From the NCBI GenBank assembly GCA_964016885.1, contig OZ024757.1:29078001-29142000 (forward strand): 64,000 nucleotides of DNA, read 5' to 3'. The notes beneath the pieces are model-generated. The model did not search any database. It was not told where the DNA came from and was given only the letters and a program-made list of their open reading frames with translations. Shown piece after piece: positions 1 through 24,925 of this stretch (the stretch's first letter is position 1; the number at the start of each line of letters is the position of its first letter). The stretch is from Eledone cirrhosa. Lineage: Eukaryota. Both the position numbers and the translations under genes were made by a program.

Positions 1-3414
<3,414 letters not shown>

Positions 3415-4055
3415 AGAGAGACTATAATAAAGTAAGAAGCGCGGGACTGTGTACGGTTTATAATTTCTTATCCCATTAGTAAAATAAGTTGGATTACTTT
3501 GAATAAATAATCAATGAATTTCGTGGCTGTTCATTAAATATATTTTATTATTTATTTAAAGATTTACTTCTTTAAAGTTTCTAATGTCAACACTTCCGGT
3601 GGCGATAGCTTATATAAACATATTAATTTTCTGTATAGTCTTTCCACCGTATGTCAGTTAATGTTAAGTTACATTTTTTTAAATCTTATACATTATTATT
3701 ATCATTATTATTATTTTGAATATATCGTTATATATACTAAATAAATTAATAAATACTTTAAAATTATGAAAAAATGGAAAATGGAAAATGATCTCTTTGT
3801 TGTTTTTGTTTTTCTTCTTATTATTATTAAAATAACCAACATCATCATAATTTCATCCTTATCATTACTATGGCTGTTCTACAGAAATCTTATTGAGGAG
3901 CAGATCGAGACTGGAGCTGGGGCCATAACTCCTATGGGTCACCTTTAAACAATCCTTTGCGAAACGCGCGAAACAGGTCGATACGCAATAAATATTTTTC
4001 AGATGTAGACGAAAACTTCCTCATTTTGTCTATTATATATATATATATACACATA

Positions 4056-4170
4056 TAGTTCCACAACAGGTTGCACGGTGTACTAACTGTGGAACTACCT
4101 CTACCAATCTCGACCCATGGACTGAGTGCCTTACTACTGCGGATATAACTCACTATTGTGCTGCCACTAT
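4056..4170. mobile_element. 3' part of hammerhead family E element with short inverted copy
   Basis: agttccacaacag matches 34011-34023; ggtgtactaactgtggaact matches the sense 3' end seen at 39837-39860; flanked by TA/CA repeats. Confidence 0.55.
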
Positions 4171-4174
4171 ACAT

Positions 4175-4207
<33 letters not shown>

Positions 4208-4260
4208 CATATTATATATATATAATATATATACATATATATACATATTATATATATATA

Positions 4261-4320
4261 TCTTTTACTCCCTTATCTGTTCCAGCCATCCGGCTGAGGC
4301 CATGCTAGGGCACCGCCATT
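4261..4320 (-). mobile_element. Diverged SINE 3' end (octopus-type tail)
   Basis: ttttactc...ctgttccagccatccggctgaggccatgctagggcaccgcc resembles a common octopus SINE tail recalled from memory. Confidence 0.5.
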
Positions 4321-4600
4321 GTTGCTACACATTTAATCTCCAGCCTATATTGGTTGGCCACTGGTGGAAGAGGGAGTTCGTTGCCTTTAGGTTTCCCTCA
4401 CGCCTTGCTGTGGGCTCATCCGGGATCCTGGATAGCAAGTGTTTGCTTCGAGATGTTACTTGAAAATATCCACATCCACACCATACAGATCTCTCAATAC
4501 ATTTAGTTAGCACCCCGAACGTTTAATTAGGAATATACTCACTTCTTTCCTAATGTTTGTTGGAATTTGGCCGGAGTATCGCTAAAAGCTTTCTCCGATA

Positions 4601-4718
4601 ATGTATTTATATATAAATATATATATATATTATATATATATATATTATATATATATTATATATATAATATATATAATATATATATATATATTATATATAT
4701 ATATATTATATATATATA

Positions 4719-4762
<44 letters not shown>

Positions 4763-5346
4763 AATATATATAATATATATATATATATTATATATATATT
4801 ATATATATATATATTATATATATATAATATATATAATATATATATATATATTATATATATATATATTATATATATATAATATATATAATATATATATTAT
4901 ATATATATATATATAATATATATAATATATATATTATATATATATATATAATATATATATTATATATATATATATAATATATATAATATATATATTATAT
5001 ATATATATATGATATATATATAATAATATATTATATATTATATATTAATATAATATATATTATATATATTATATATATATAAATATATATATATATTACA
5101 TATATAGTATACAGTATGTCCATAGGATCATTTGATAATATATATACACCATTTCCTCTCCCAATTAGCATAATTAACCGCACAAAAAATCAATTAGACC
5201 AGGCTGTAAGATTAAAAGGCACCTGTGAAGAAACAATAGATAAATAAACGACAGCAATCTCTTCGCGGCCAACCCTCATAGAATGTTTACCCAACATTTC
5301 AACAGCACGTGGAAATCGACTAAGTATACCGTCAACCAAACACAAT

Positions 5347-5428
<82 letters not shown>

Positions 5429-5475
5429 ATTATATATATATATTATATAATATATATATTATATATATATATATA
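4601..5475. repeat. (TA)n/TAA/TTA microsatellite with a unique island at about 5110-5345
   Basis: Seen directly. Confidence 0.9.
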
Positions 5476-5984
5476 TGAGAGTATTGAAGTTTGCTTGAAG
5501 CATTGTGGAATAATAGGTAAATATCTTTAAGTCGTTGGAAGCCTCGACAATGCAAATGGGTAAATCTCCGGGTAACAAGATCCGGTGGTGGAGAGAGAGA
5601 TGTAAGTGGGTGTACGTTGAGATGCGTGGTGTGTATAAGACGTGTAGAGGAATGAAGGAAAGAGTATAAAGGATAAAATAAAAATAACAACACGAGAGAG
5701 AGAGAGAGTTACCTTGGGAGAGATGTAATTGTCCCTATATATTTCGGATTCACATCCATCAACTGGGGTTTTTTTCCGGGTGGGGGAAATGGTGTCTGTC
5801 GAAAGGTGCGAAACGCATCCTCCGCGCAATTTGCAATATAAAATTAAGAAGTTGTTGATGCTATTGCATTTATTGGTGTTGTTGTTGGTAGTGGGGGCGG
5901 TGATGGAATTACAAGAATATATATTTTTATGTATGGTCACCACAAACACAACATGTAATATAAAACATCTTGTCCGTTATAATG

Positions 5985-6310
5985 CCAACATCACCACCGA
6001 CGCCACAACGCCAGAACTTACAACGTTAATGGTAATAACAACACTAACTACAACAGCAACAATAACTACACCAGCAACCACAACAACAATAACTACAAAA
6101 GCAACCACAACAACAAGAGCAATTACTACAACAGCAACTACAACAACAGTAACAAATATAACACCGATAATATTAACGAAGTAACAGTAACAGCAACATA
6201 ATCCAATCATCATCATCAACAACAACAACGATAACAACAACAACAACAGTATTGAAAAGAAAACAATAGACAATAACAACAATAACACGAACAATAACAA
6301 TAACAGCTAC
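5985..6310. repeat. (AAC/AAT)n low-complexity tract
   Basis: Seen directly; source of the Thr/Asn/Val-rich ORFs. Confidence 0.9.
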
Positions 6311-6317
6311 CAAACTA

Positions 6318-6506
6318 ATAATTGTTTCTACTTTTGGCACAAGGCCAGCAAATACTCCAGTAGTAATTACTGGTACTTTATTTTATCGACCCTGTAAGGA
6401 TGAAAGGAAAAGTTAACCTCGGCGAGATTTGAACTCAGACCATAAAGGGCCGTAACTCTTTGCTGCAAAGCATGGCGTCCGATCCTCTACCGATACTGCT
6501 AATCCA
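6318..6506 (-). mobile_element. tRNA-derived SINE family A
   Basis: Reverse complement of the 9824-10022 element, including B box GAGTTCAAATC and the CTTTCATCCTTAC-GGGTCGATAAAATAAAGTACCAG core. Confidence 0.9.
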
Positions 6507-6510
6507 AACT

Positions 6511-6623
6511 AATAATTGTTTCTACTTTTGGCACAAGGTCCGCAATTAACTCAGTGTATTACTGGTATGATAAAATAAAGTACCAGTAATGCACTGAAAT
6601 AATTGCTGGCCCTGTGCCAAAAA
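6511..6623. mobile_element. Two SINE A 3' fragments in inverted orientation
   Basis: 6511-6567 is the minus-strand tail and 6569-6623 the plus-strand tail. Confidence 0.75.
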
Positions 6624-6636
6624 GAGAGAGAGAGTA

Positions 6637-6670
<34 letters not shown>

Positions 6671-6930
6671 TATGAGAGAGAAAGAGAGGTGAAGACAGAG
6701 ATTGAAAGCTGAGTTAGAGAGAAGAAGACAATCACAAACTAATTATTTCCGCTATGCAAATGTGATACTATTATCGATAGAACTGACTGAATATATCAAG
6801 TGTCAGTCTGATGTAAAATATTCACGAGCGCCATCTTTTATCCAACATACAACGGAAGGTCATAACGCTGAAAGATGAATATTTGAGCGAGGATGTAAGT
6901 GTACCGATATATATACATAAGTATATACAA

Positions 6931-6966
<36 letters not shown>

Positions 6967-7260
6967 TACGTACATACATATTCATGTGAATATATATAGA
7001 TACACACTCCATACATATATACTTATATGCGTACATACACACATATGTATATATGTATATATATATATATATATATATTCATATATGTACATATACACAT
7101 ACATAGCCATATATGGTTAAATATTAGTTATGCTATATATATATATATATGTATATATATAATATATGTATATATATATATACATAGATACATAGCCATA
7201 TATGGCTGAATATTACATACATATATATATATATTACACATACATAGCCATATATGCCTG

Positions 7261-7460
7261 NNNNNNNNNNNNNNNNNNNNNNNNNNNNNNNNNNNNNNNN
7301 NNNNNNNNNNNNNNNNNNNNNNNNNNNNNNNNNNNNNNNNNNNNNNNNNNNNNNNNNNNNNNNNNNNNNNNNNNNNNNNNNNNNNNNNNNNNNNNNNNNN
7401 NNNNNNNNNNNNNNNNNNNNNNNNNNNNNNNNNNNNNNNNNNNNNNNNNNNNNNNNNNNN
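7261..7460. other. Assembly gap (200 N)
   Basis: Seen directly. Confidence 1.
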
Positions 7461-8407
7461 CACCACCGACGCCACAACGCCAGAACTTACAACGTTAATG
7501 GTAATAACAACACTAACTACAACAGCAACAATAACTACACCAGCAACCACAACAACAATAACTACAAAAGCAACCACAACAACAATAGCAATTACTACAA
7601 CAGCAACTACAACAACAGTAACAAATATAACACCGATAATATTAACGAAGTAACAGTAACAGCAACATAATCCAATCATCATCATCATCATCATTATCAA
7701 CAACAACAACGATAACAACAACAACAACAGTATTGAAAAGAAAACAATAGACAATAACAACAATAACACGAACAATAACAATAACAGCTACCAAACTAAT
7801 AATTGTTTCTACTTTTGGCACAAGGCCAGCAAATACTCCAGTAGTAATTACTGGTACTTTATTTTATCGACCCTGTAAGGATGAAAGGAAAAGTTAACCT
7901 CGGCGAGATTTGAACTCAGACCATAAAGGGCCGTAACTCTTTGCTGCAAAGCATGGCGTCCGATCCTCTACCGATACTGCTAATCCAAACTAATAATTGT
8001 TTCTACTTTTGGCACAAGGTCCGCAATTAACTCAGTGTATTACTGGTATGATAAAATAAAGTACCAGTAATGCACTGAAATAATTGCTGGCCCTGTACCA
8101 AAGAGAGAGAGAGAGTATGAGAGAGAGAGAGAGAAAGAGAGAGAGAGTATGAGAGAGAAAGAGAGGTGAAGACAGAGATTGAAAGCTGAGTTAGAGAGAA
8201 GAAGACAATCACAAACTAATTATTTCCGCTATGCAAATGTGATACTATTATCGATAGAACTGACTGAATATATCAAGTGTCAGTCTGATGTAAAATATTC
8301 ACGAGCGCCATCTTTTATCCAACATACAACGGAAGGTCATAACGCTGAAAGATGAATATTTGAGCGAGGATGTAAGTGTACCGATATATATACATAAGTA
8401 TATACAA

Positions 8408-8457
<50 letters not shown>

Positions 8458-8581
8458 TACGTACATACATATTCAATATGCGTACATACACACATATGTA
8501 TATATGTATATATTATATATATATATTCATATATGTACATATACACATACATAGCCATATATGGTTAAATATTAGTTATGC

Positions 8582-8631
<50 letters not shown>

Positions 8632-8713
8632 TATACATAGATACATAGCCATATATGGGCTGAATATTACATACATATATATATATATACACATACATAG
8701 CCATATATGCCTG
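7461..8713 (+). repeat. Near-identical direct copy of 5992-7260, including SINE A copies at about 7797-8101
   Basis: Both copies start caccaccgacgcc and end catagccatatatgcctg; they differ mainly in microsatellite length and one indel. Confidence 0.95.
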
Positions 8714-9049
8714 AATATTACGTATAAATATATATATATAGGAGAGAGAAAAAAAGAGAGAGAGGACAGAGAGAGAAAGTAAGAGAAGAAGAGAGAGTAC
8801 GAGAGAGAGAAAAAACTAAAATGAATTACAACAGAAAAACAGAATCTTCAGTGAAGAAGGTGAAAAAGTGATAGTGGCGAGAACTGGTAGGCCGGAAGCT
8901 TTGCCTGTTAAATATAAAAATCCTACTCTGAAGCATCAATTTGTGTCTGTGTTGTTTATGGTGTTTTTGTTAGTACGTTGTGAAAGTGTAAGAATAGGAG
9001 AAATGTCATTTTAATATGGCACCTTCATTGATGTGTTACCGTAGCCATT

Positions 9050-9605
9050 TTAAATATTTCTTCGTTTCCTTTCTTCTCTGTGTATTATTTCTGCTTCTTC
9101 TTCTCTCTGTGTATTATTTCCTTTATTTTCTTCCTTGTGTTAATTCATATCACACCATCTTCTGTCCTCGTTCTCTTTGGATCGTTCTTCTTCTGCTTCT
9201 TCTTATCCTTCTTCTTCTTTGCCTTTTTACTTCTTCTACTTCTCATCCTTGTTTTTTCTTCTTCCTCCTCTCCTCATCCTTGTTTTTTCTTCTTCACCTC
9301 CCACTCATCCTTGTTTTCTTCTTTTCTCCTTCTCATCTTTCTTTTCTTCTCTTTTCTATCTCATCCTTCTTCATCTTCCTCTTCTCCTTCTTGTTTTTCT
9401 TTTACTTCTTTTCTTCTTTTCTCCTTCTCATCCTTCTTTTTTTCTTCTTTTTTCCTTTTTCATCCTTCTTCTTCTTCTTCTTCTCCTCCTTGGTTTCCTT
9501 CTCTACACACTCACACGTTCATTTTCTTCAACTGCCCTTCTCGAATCTTTTCCATCCTCTACTTCTCCTCCCTCCTCCCAACCCCCTCCACCCTCTCCTT
9601 CTAGA
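9050..9605. repeat. Polypyrimidine (TTC/TCC) low-complexity tract
   Basis: Seen directly. Confidence 0.9.
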
Positions 9606-9823
9606 CACCGTTTCCCACTCCCTTCCATAATGCTATTCAGCTAATCTGTCAATGATGGAAATGGAATTTGTCCAACGGACGGCATTAACATCTGCTGTAG
9701 CATCGTTTGTTAAGCTTTTCCTTAAAAGATAATGAAAGGGATTCCAGTGAAAGAGTGGCAGGATTAGAAGGAAGGATTATGATGGTGATGGTGATGATGA
9801 TAATACATTATTATTATCGTCAT

Positions 9824-10022
9824 CGGGCGGTGGATTGGCAGTATCAGTAGAGGCTCGGGACGCAATGCTTTGCAGCAAAGAGTTGCGGCTCTTTATGATC
9901 TGAGTTCAAAATCCCGCCGAGGTTTAACTTTGCCATTCATCCTTACGGGGGTCGATAAAATAAAGTACCAGTAATACACTGGGGATAATTGCTGGCCTTG
10001 GGCCAAAAGTAGAAAACAATTA
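9824..10022 (+). mobile_element. tRNA-derived SINE family A, full length
   Basis: Head GGCGGTGGATTGGCAGTATC (A-box-like), B box GAGTTCAAAATCCC, conserved core, ATT tail; about 10 copies in the window. Confidence 0.92.
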
Positions 10023-10147
10023 TTATCGTCATCATCATCCTCATCTTTATTCAGGTATATAAAATTATACGTAAGTTCTGCTTCAGTTTTCGGTCTTGTA
10101 AAGTTCACCAGACCGGTTTAGGTTTCGCTATCGTTTTAGACCCCGGC

Positions 10148-10197
<50 letters not shown>

Positions 10198-10198
<1 letters not shown>

Positions 10199-10368
10199 AG
10201 TTATTCCGGGTTGAATCAGTATGGTACTCAATACATAGCAGAGTATAAATGTTTTTAATATAGAAGAGCTTCTACAGGGACTAGAACTGCTTCATTCGGA
10301 GGAAATAATCAGGAAAGGCCTTATGTTTTCCTCCGAATTGAAACAGTTTCTAGTCCAGTAGAAGCCAT
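10198..10368 (-). mobile_element. Family C fold-back micro-element with degenerate hammerhead-like core
   Basis: Inverted arms cttctacagggactagaactgcttcattcggaggaaa and tttcctccgaattgaaacagtttctagtccagtagaag; minus strand reads CTGATTA tttcctccgaat GAAGC; near-identical copy at 27216-27364. Confidence 0.7.
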
Positions 10369-10369
10369 T

Positions 10370-10429
<60 letters not shown>

Positions 10430-10989
10430 TATATATATATATCATATATATAACATACTTCTCTGAGTAGTTTATTGATTAATATATATTGTCCCTTTCA
10501 TTGAGATGCTTATGTAATATATATTTCATTGAGATGCTTATGTACATATATATATGTACATACATGCACATATATGTATACAAATATATACATATATATA
10601 TATAATTACACTCTCTCTCTCTCTCTATATATATATATATTATATATATATGTAATACTACATAATCCAAATATATAAATATATATATATACATTCAAAT
10701 TTTGAAAATGTATAATTTATAATTCATATCTGCAATGTATGTGCATGTGAGTGTCCCACATGTGTGTATGTGTATGTATATGTTCATAAATATATATCCA
10801 TATATGTGTCTACACGTATATGAATATATGGGAATATAGAATTGCCTCGTTAGTTTTTATCACCAATAAATGTAAATCATAACGTAAGTAGTGGAAATGA
10901 TGTTAAATGATTGTCTTTCGTGACTTTCGCTGCTAATACTTTAACATTAGTATTTATCCAAGTGACCCTAATCTCTTGAATCATATTTA

Positions 10990-11031
10990 CAAATATATAT
11001 ATGTGTGTGTATATATATATATTTATATATA

Positions 11032-11111
<80 letters not shown>

Positions 11112-11284
11112 CACACACATGTATATATATATATATATATACACATATATAAATATGTATATACACACACACCACACACATATATATATATATATATACA
11201 TATACGTTTATATATATATATACACCACATACATATATATAAATATATATATATATATACACAGATATATAAATATATATATAT

Positions 11285-11342
<58 letters not shown>

Positions 11343-11346
11343 GTAA

Positions 11347-11384
<38 letters not shown>

Positions 11385-11482
11385 ACATATATATATATAC
11401 ATACAAATACATACACATATATATATACATATAAGCACATACATATATACATATACACACACGCACTCGTATATATATATAT
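10990..11482. repeat. (TA)n/(CA)n microsatellite
   Basis: Seen directly. Confidence 0.9.
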
Positions 11483-11869
11483 GTTGACTCAGAGTCTTAT
11501 AAATACTGTATTTCCGAAAGCCGCTTGTAAAGCCATGGTGAGAAACCATTATTATAAGTTTACCTCGGGTTTAAGCTGCTTAAAAGCTATAGCCAACTAC
11601 CATTATTAACCTTAAACACCGACATGAAATTTGGTCACTTAAATCGTTACAGCATGAAAGAGAAATAGTATTCCTTTTGATCTTTTCATGATTCGAAAGA
11701 CAGCCATTCCAAAGCCGTGAATGCTATATTGGTTTAATCTTCAAATAAGTTCTTAATTGCGTGGATGTTATTGTTGGCGTTGTTTTAATCCCTCATTTAA
11801 AACTTCATTATACATCTCAGCACCGCAATATTTATGTTTATACACACAGACACACGCCTATATATATCT

Positions 11870-11873
11870 TTGC

Positions 11874-11926
<53 letters not shown>

Positions 11927-11977
11927 CATGCATGTATATATATATACATGTATGTATATATATATTTAATGTATGTA

Positions 11978-12028
<51 letters not shown>

Positions 12029-12138
12029 GCATGTATATATATATACATGTATGTATATATATATTTAATGTATGTATATATATATATATATATACATGCA
12101 TGTATATATATACATGTATGTATATATACATTTAATGT

Positions 12139-12172
<34 letters not shown>

Positions 12173-12315
12173 ATATATATAATGTATATATATATACATG
12201 TATTTATATTTATAATGTATATATAATGTATATATATACATGTATGTATATATATAATGTATATATATATATATATAATGTATATATATACATGTATGTA
12301 TATATATATATAATG

Positions 12316-12346
<31 letters not shown>

Positions 12347-12554
12347 GTATATATATACATGTATGTATATATATATATATATAATGTATATATATATATA
12401 TATATAAAATATATATAATGTTTATATACATGTATGTATATATATATATACATACATGTATATATATACATATATATATACATATATATGTATATATATA
12501 TGTATATATATATATATGTATATATATATGCATATATATATGTATATATATATG

Positions 12555-12585
<31 letters not shown>

Positions 12586-12611
12586 GCATATATATTATGT
12601 ATATATATATG

Positions 12612-12642
<31 letters not shown>

Positions 12643-12745
12643 GTATATATATATGTATATATATATGCATATATAAATATATGTATATATATATGCATAT
12701 ATATATATTATATGCATATATATATATATGTATATATATATATGC

Positions 12746-12777
<32 letters not shown>

Positions 12778-13226
12778 GTATATACATTATATATAAATAT
12801 ACATTATATATATACATACATGTATATATATACATTATATATATATATACATTATATTATATACATACATGTTATATATATATACATTATATATATACAT
12901 TATATATATATACATACATGTATATATATACATTATATATATATATACATTATATATATACATACATGTATATATATATACATTATATATATACATTATA
13001 TATATACATACATGTATATATATATACATTATACATTATATATATAACCTACATGTATATATATATAATTGTATATATATATACATGTAATGTATATATA
13101 TAATGTATATATATAATGTATATATAATATACATGTATGTATATATATAATGGTATATATATATATAATGTATATATATACATGTATGTATATTATATAA
13201 TGTATATTTATATATAATGTATATAC

Positions 13227-13258
<32 letters not shown>

Positions 13259-13430
13259 GCATATATATATACATATATATATATATGCAATATATATATA
13301 TATATGCATATATTATATACATATAATTTATATATGGCATATATATATACATATATTTATATATGCATATATATATACATATATATATACATATATTTAC
13401 ATATGCATATATATATACATATATATATAC

Positions 13431-13461
<31 letters not shown>

Positions 13462-13660
13462 CATATATATATACATATATATATGCATATATATATACAT
13501 ATATATTATACATATATATATATATATATATACACATATATATATACATATATATATGCATATATATATACATATATATATATATACATATATATATATA
13601 CATATATATATACATATATATATATGCATATATATATATACATAATATATATATACATCT
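11870..13660. repeat. Compound (TA)n array with CATG/AATG/TGCA interruptions and an internal inverted duplication
   Basis: Seen directly; 12780-12810 is the reverse complement of 13196-13226. Confidence 0.9.
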
Positions 13661-13892
13661 ATGCAAAAGTTTTATTTAAAATTGTTGTGTTTCCAACAAG
13701 TAAATATTTTACAACCGATATAAAGTACTCGACAAGTTTTTTGGAGTAGATATACGATATTAAACAAATGGAAACTATATTTATAAAACCATATTTATTT
13801 CATTATATTTTTAGTATGGTATCCCTGAAATATGTATAATAAAATAAATATGGTTTTATAAATATAGTTTTCCATTTGTTTAATATCGTATA
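13661..13892 (-). mobile_element. Hammerhead family D 3' portion with long inverted repeat
   Basis: Arms 13752-13807 and 13833-13892; right side reads GAAA TATGTAT A ATAAAATA; 13661-13760 is homologous (minus) to 46065-46170. Confidence 0.75.
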
Positions 13893-14074
13893 TGCATATA
13901 TATATACATATATATATATGCATATATATATATATGCATATATATATATGCATATATATATATGCATATATATGCATATATATATATACATATATATATA
14001 TATACATATATATATACATATATACATATATATATATATATGCATATATATATATACATATATATAATATATAC

Positions 14075-14106
<32 letters not shown>

Positions 14107-14108
14107 GC

Positions 14109-14140
<32 letters not shown>

Positions 14141-14143
14141 GCC

Positions 14144-14175
<32 letters not shown>

Positions 14176-14205
14176 GCATATATATATATACATATATATA
14201 TATGC

Positions 14206-14241
<36 letters not shown>

Positions 14242-14243
14242 GC

Positions 14244-14275
<32 letters not shown>

Positions 14276-14277
14276 GC

Positions 14278-14311
<34 letters not shown>

Positions 14312-14345
14312 GCATATATATATACATATATATATATATATATGC

Positions 14346-14379
<34 letters not shown>

Positions 14380-14381
14380 GC

Positions 14382-14415
<34 letters not shown>

Positions 14416-14466
14416 GCATATATATATTATGCATATATATATATATATATGCATATATATATATGC

Positions 14467-14518
<52 letters not shown>

Positions 14519-14537
14519 GCATATATATATAATATGC

Positions 14538-14568
<31 letters not shown>

Positions 14569-14583
14569 CATATATATATATAC

Positions 14584-14614
<31 letters not shown>

Positions 14615-14618
14615 CTAT

Positions 14619-14673
<55 letters not shown>

Positions 14674-14675
14674 GC

Positions 14676-14710
<35 letters not shown>

Positions 14711-14722
14711 CATATATATATA

Positions 14723-14753
<31 letters not shown>

Positions 14754-14791
14754 ATATACATATATATATATATACATATATATATATACAC

Positions 14792-14826
<35 letters not shown>

Positions 14827-15054
14827 CATATATATATACATATATATATATACACACATATATATATATATATATATACATATATATATACATATATATA
14901 TATGCATATATATATATGCATATATATATAAATATATATATATATGCATATATATATGCATATATATATACATATATATATATATGCATATATATATATG
15001 CATATATATATACAATATATATATACATATATATATATATGCATTATATATATA

Positions 15055-15102
<48 letters not shown>

Positions 15103-15239
15103 TATATACATATATATATATATGCATATATATATACATATATATATATATGCATATATACATATATATATATATGCATATATATATATATACATATATA
15201 TATACATATATACATATATACTATATATGCATATATATA
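13893..15239. repeat. (TA)n array with TGCA/TACA interruptions
   Basis: Seen directly. Confidence 0.95.
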
Positions 15240-15772
15240 TATTGTTATACTCTTTGAGAGGGCCATGTTGCCAATAAGAAACACACACGCACCAGTTGCT
15301 TTCACTTCAAATGAAAAACACACACACACATAGAACAAACAACCAACCAGTAACATGTAAATTAAACAAAATAAATAAATGAAATACAAACACACCACAG
15401 ACACCCGGATGTGGCGGATGCGCAGACCTGAGCACACAACACACACACAGAAACAAAATGGCTTAGGACAGAAACAAAGGGAGAGGCACAGAAAAAAAGA
15501 AAGGAATCCCCCAGTCCACTGAAGTGGTCCACAGAGTGTGTGGACGAAAGAACTATGACTATATATAAAACAACTATCTGGTTGTAGAACCAACCAAACC
15601 AACCAGAAATTTATAAATTTGTAAATTTATAAATATATAATAAATTGAAGTCAAACGACTGGTGCGTGTGTTTCTTATTGGCAACATGGACCCTCCCAAA
15701 AGTATAATAATATCGGTTTCAACACACGATTTCAGATAAAGAATCTTGCTAAAACAAATTCAGAAAACGACA
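15240..15772. mobile_element. Family G element with about 70-bp inverted repeats (MITE-like or PLE-type fold-back)
   Basis: 15240-15311 is an inverted copy of 15642-15712; the motif ggcaacatgaccctcccaaagtataa recurs at about 30078, 47268 and 63638. Confidence 0.65.
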
Positions 15773-21686
<5,914 letters not shown>

Positions 21687-22219
21687 AGAAAGGATGAATA
21701 TAAAATGAAAGCGCTTTTGTTAAAAAAGGAATTTATTAGGTATTGACATATGTTTCTGTAACAGACCGAATACCTATGTATCGCTGCTTGCGTAATCATA
21801 TAATGTATACAAGTATTCGAAAGCAAATGTATAATCAGTTGTCACTTCTTCAGAGATTTTGGATAAACTGGATAAAATCATAAAAATTTAAGTATTTATA
21901 TTAGTAAAAGAGGAAGGAACAGAGGGGATAGAATATGACAGATGGTAAAATAATTTACTGCTAAACAAGTATATAATGGCTTTTTAATGAGAATACCATG
22001 AGTAAATCTAAATAAGAATTTTGGGAGTGCCAATTTTAATCTCTACTTGACCAACTGGACAGTGGACAGGGCTGGTCATTTGGTGCAGTAGTATTAATTA
22101 TAAAGTGTCAATTGGGGAAGGGGGAGATTTCGATTGCTACTAAATAACATCAATGCTAGTAGCCATCTGGTATATGCACTAGGGAATTGAATCAAGAAAT
22201 CAGAAATTTCATTTTATCT

Positions 22220-24067
<1,848 letters not shown>

Positions 24068-24377
24068 AAATGAATCCATAAAATGTATCAGAGTTTGTTG
24101 TATTGTTATTTAGCTCCTTTATCCCGCCGGAATGGCAAGTTGACAATGGTGTCTTAGATACATTTTGCTTATCCCAATTATGAAAATTATACAATAATTT
24201 CAAACGAGAAATATTCATGATTTCAATAGTTACATCCTTATGTTTATTTATTGTTACTTACACCTGCTTTATATATATATAAATCTTATAACAGTTTTTC
24301 ATCTCGTAAAACTGTGAATTTTCGTAGTTTTACAGCATTTTAAGTTACTTTACAGGGGCAGCTTTATATTTAACTGA

Positions 24378-24530
24378 ATACAAGCGGCCGAAATGGGATT
24401 CCTCCGAAGGGTCTTTGGAGTAATGTTACACGATAAAGTGCGTAGCTCGGAGATTAGAGAGTCACTCCAGGTAGACCTGCTATTTCTCCGAATTGAGAGA
24501 TCACATCTCCAACACTATGGGCATGTGGTT
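24378..24530 (+). mobile_element. RTE-clade LINE ORF fragment (post-RT region, Rex3/Expander-like)
   Basis: Translates to IQAAEMGFLRRVFGVMLHDKVRSSEIRESLQVDLLFLRIERSHLQHYGHVV, the typical RTE pattern EM.FLR...G....D..R...IR......GH. Confidence 0.85.
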
Positions 24531-24547
24531 ACACATACAGTTTACCA

Positions 24548-24609
24548 TAATATAATATAATATAATATAATATAATATAATATAATATAATATAATATAA
24601 TATAATATA
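24548..24609. repeat. (ATATA)n pentanucleotide repeat
   Basis: Seen directly. Confidence 0.9.
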
Positions 24610-24719
24610 TTTATATGAAGCCGAAGAATTATCGTGATTTGTAGTTAATTGAATAAAAATGTATTGGAATATCAACTCGTATGGCATGAGTTCAAATTTG
24701 CCGACTGTACAGATACCAA

Positions 24720-24925
24720 ATAGAAGCGGCCGAAAAAAATGGGATTCCTCCGAAAGGTCTTCGGAGTAACGTTACTCGATAAAGTCCGTAACTCGGATAT
24801 CAGAGAGTCACTGCAGATAGAGCCGCTACTTCTCTGAATTGTGAGATCACAGCTCCGATACTATGGGCATGTGGTTAGAATTTCTCAGGAAAGATTCTAC
24901 TGGCAAACTAACCGGCAAGAGACCC
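24720..24925 (+). mobile_element. Second, frameshifted copy of the same RTE fragment
   Basis: IEAAE/MGFLRKVFGVTLLDKVRNSDIRESLQIEPLLL*IVRSQLRYYGHVVRISQER...GKRP. Confidence 0.85.

Noticed and set aside
3868-5850. Possible minus-strand exons (donor AAG|GTAACT at 5713/5712; segment 3868-3942) or plus-strand exon RNLIEEQIETGAGAITPMG
   Set aside because: Acceptors are weak and no protein is recognisable; cannot be supported without RNA-seq or homology.
9016-9644. Hydrophobic Phe/Leu/Ser ORFs resembling membrane proteins
   Set aside because: A polypyrimidine tract open in all three frames.
21800-21860. Minus-strand CTGAAGA-AGTGAC core; likewise CTGACGA at 46237 and GAAACC...GGTC at about 10110
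   Set aside because: Only half of the hammerhead is present; possibly further decayed PLE ends but not foldable.
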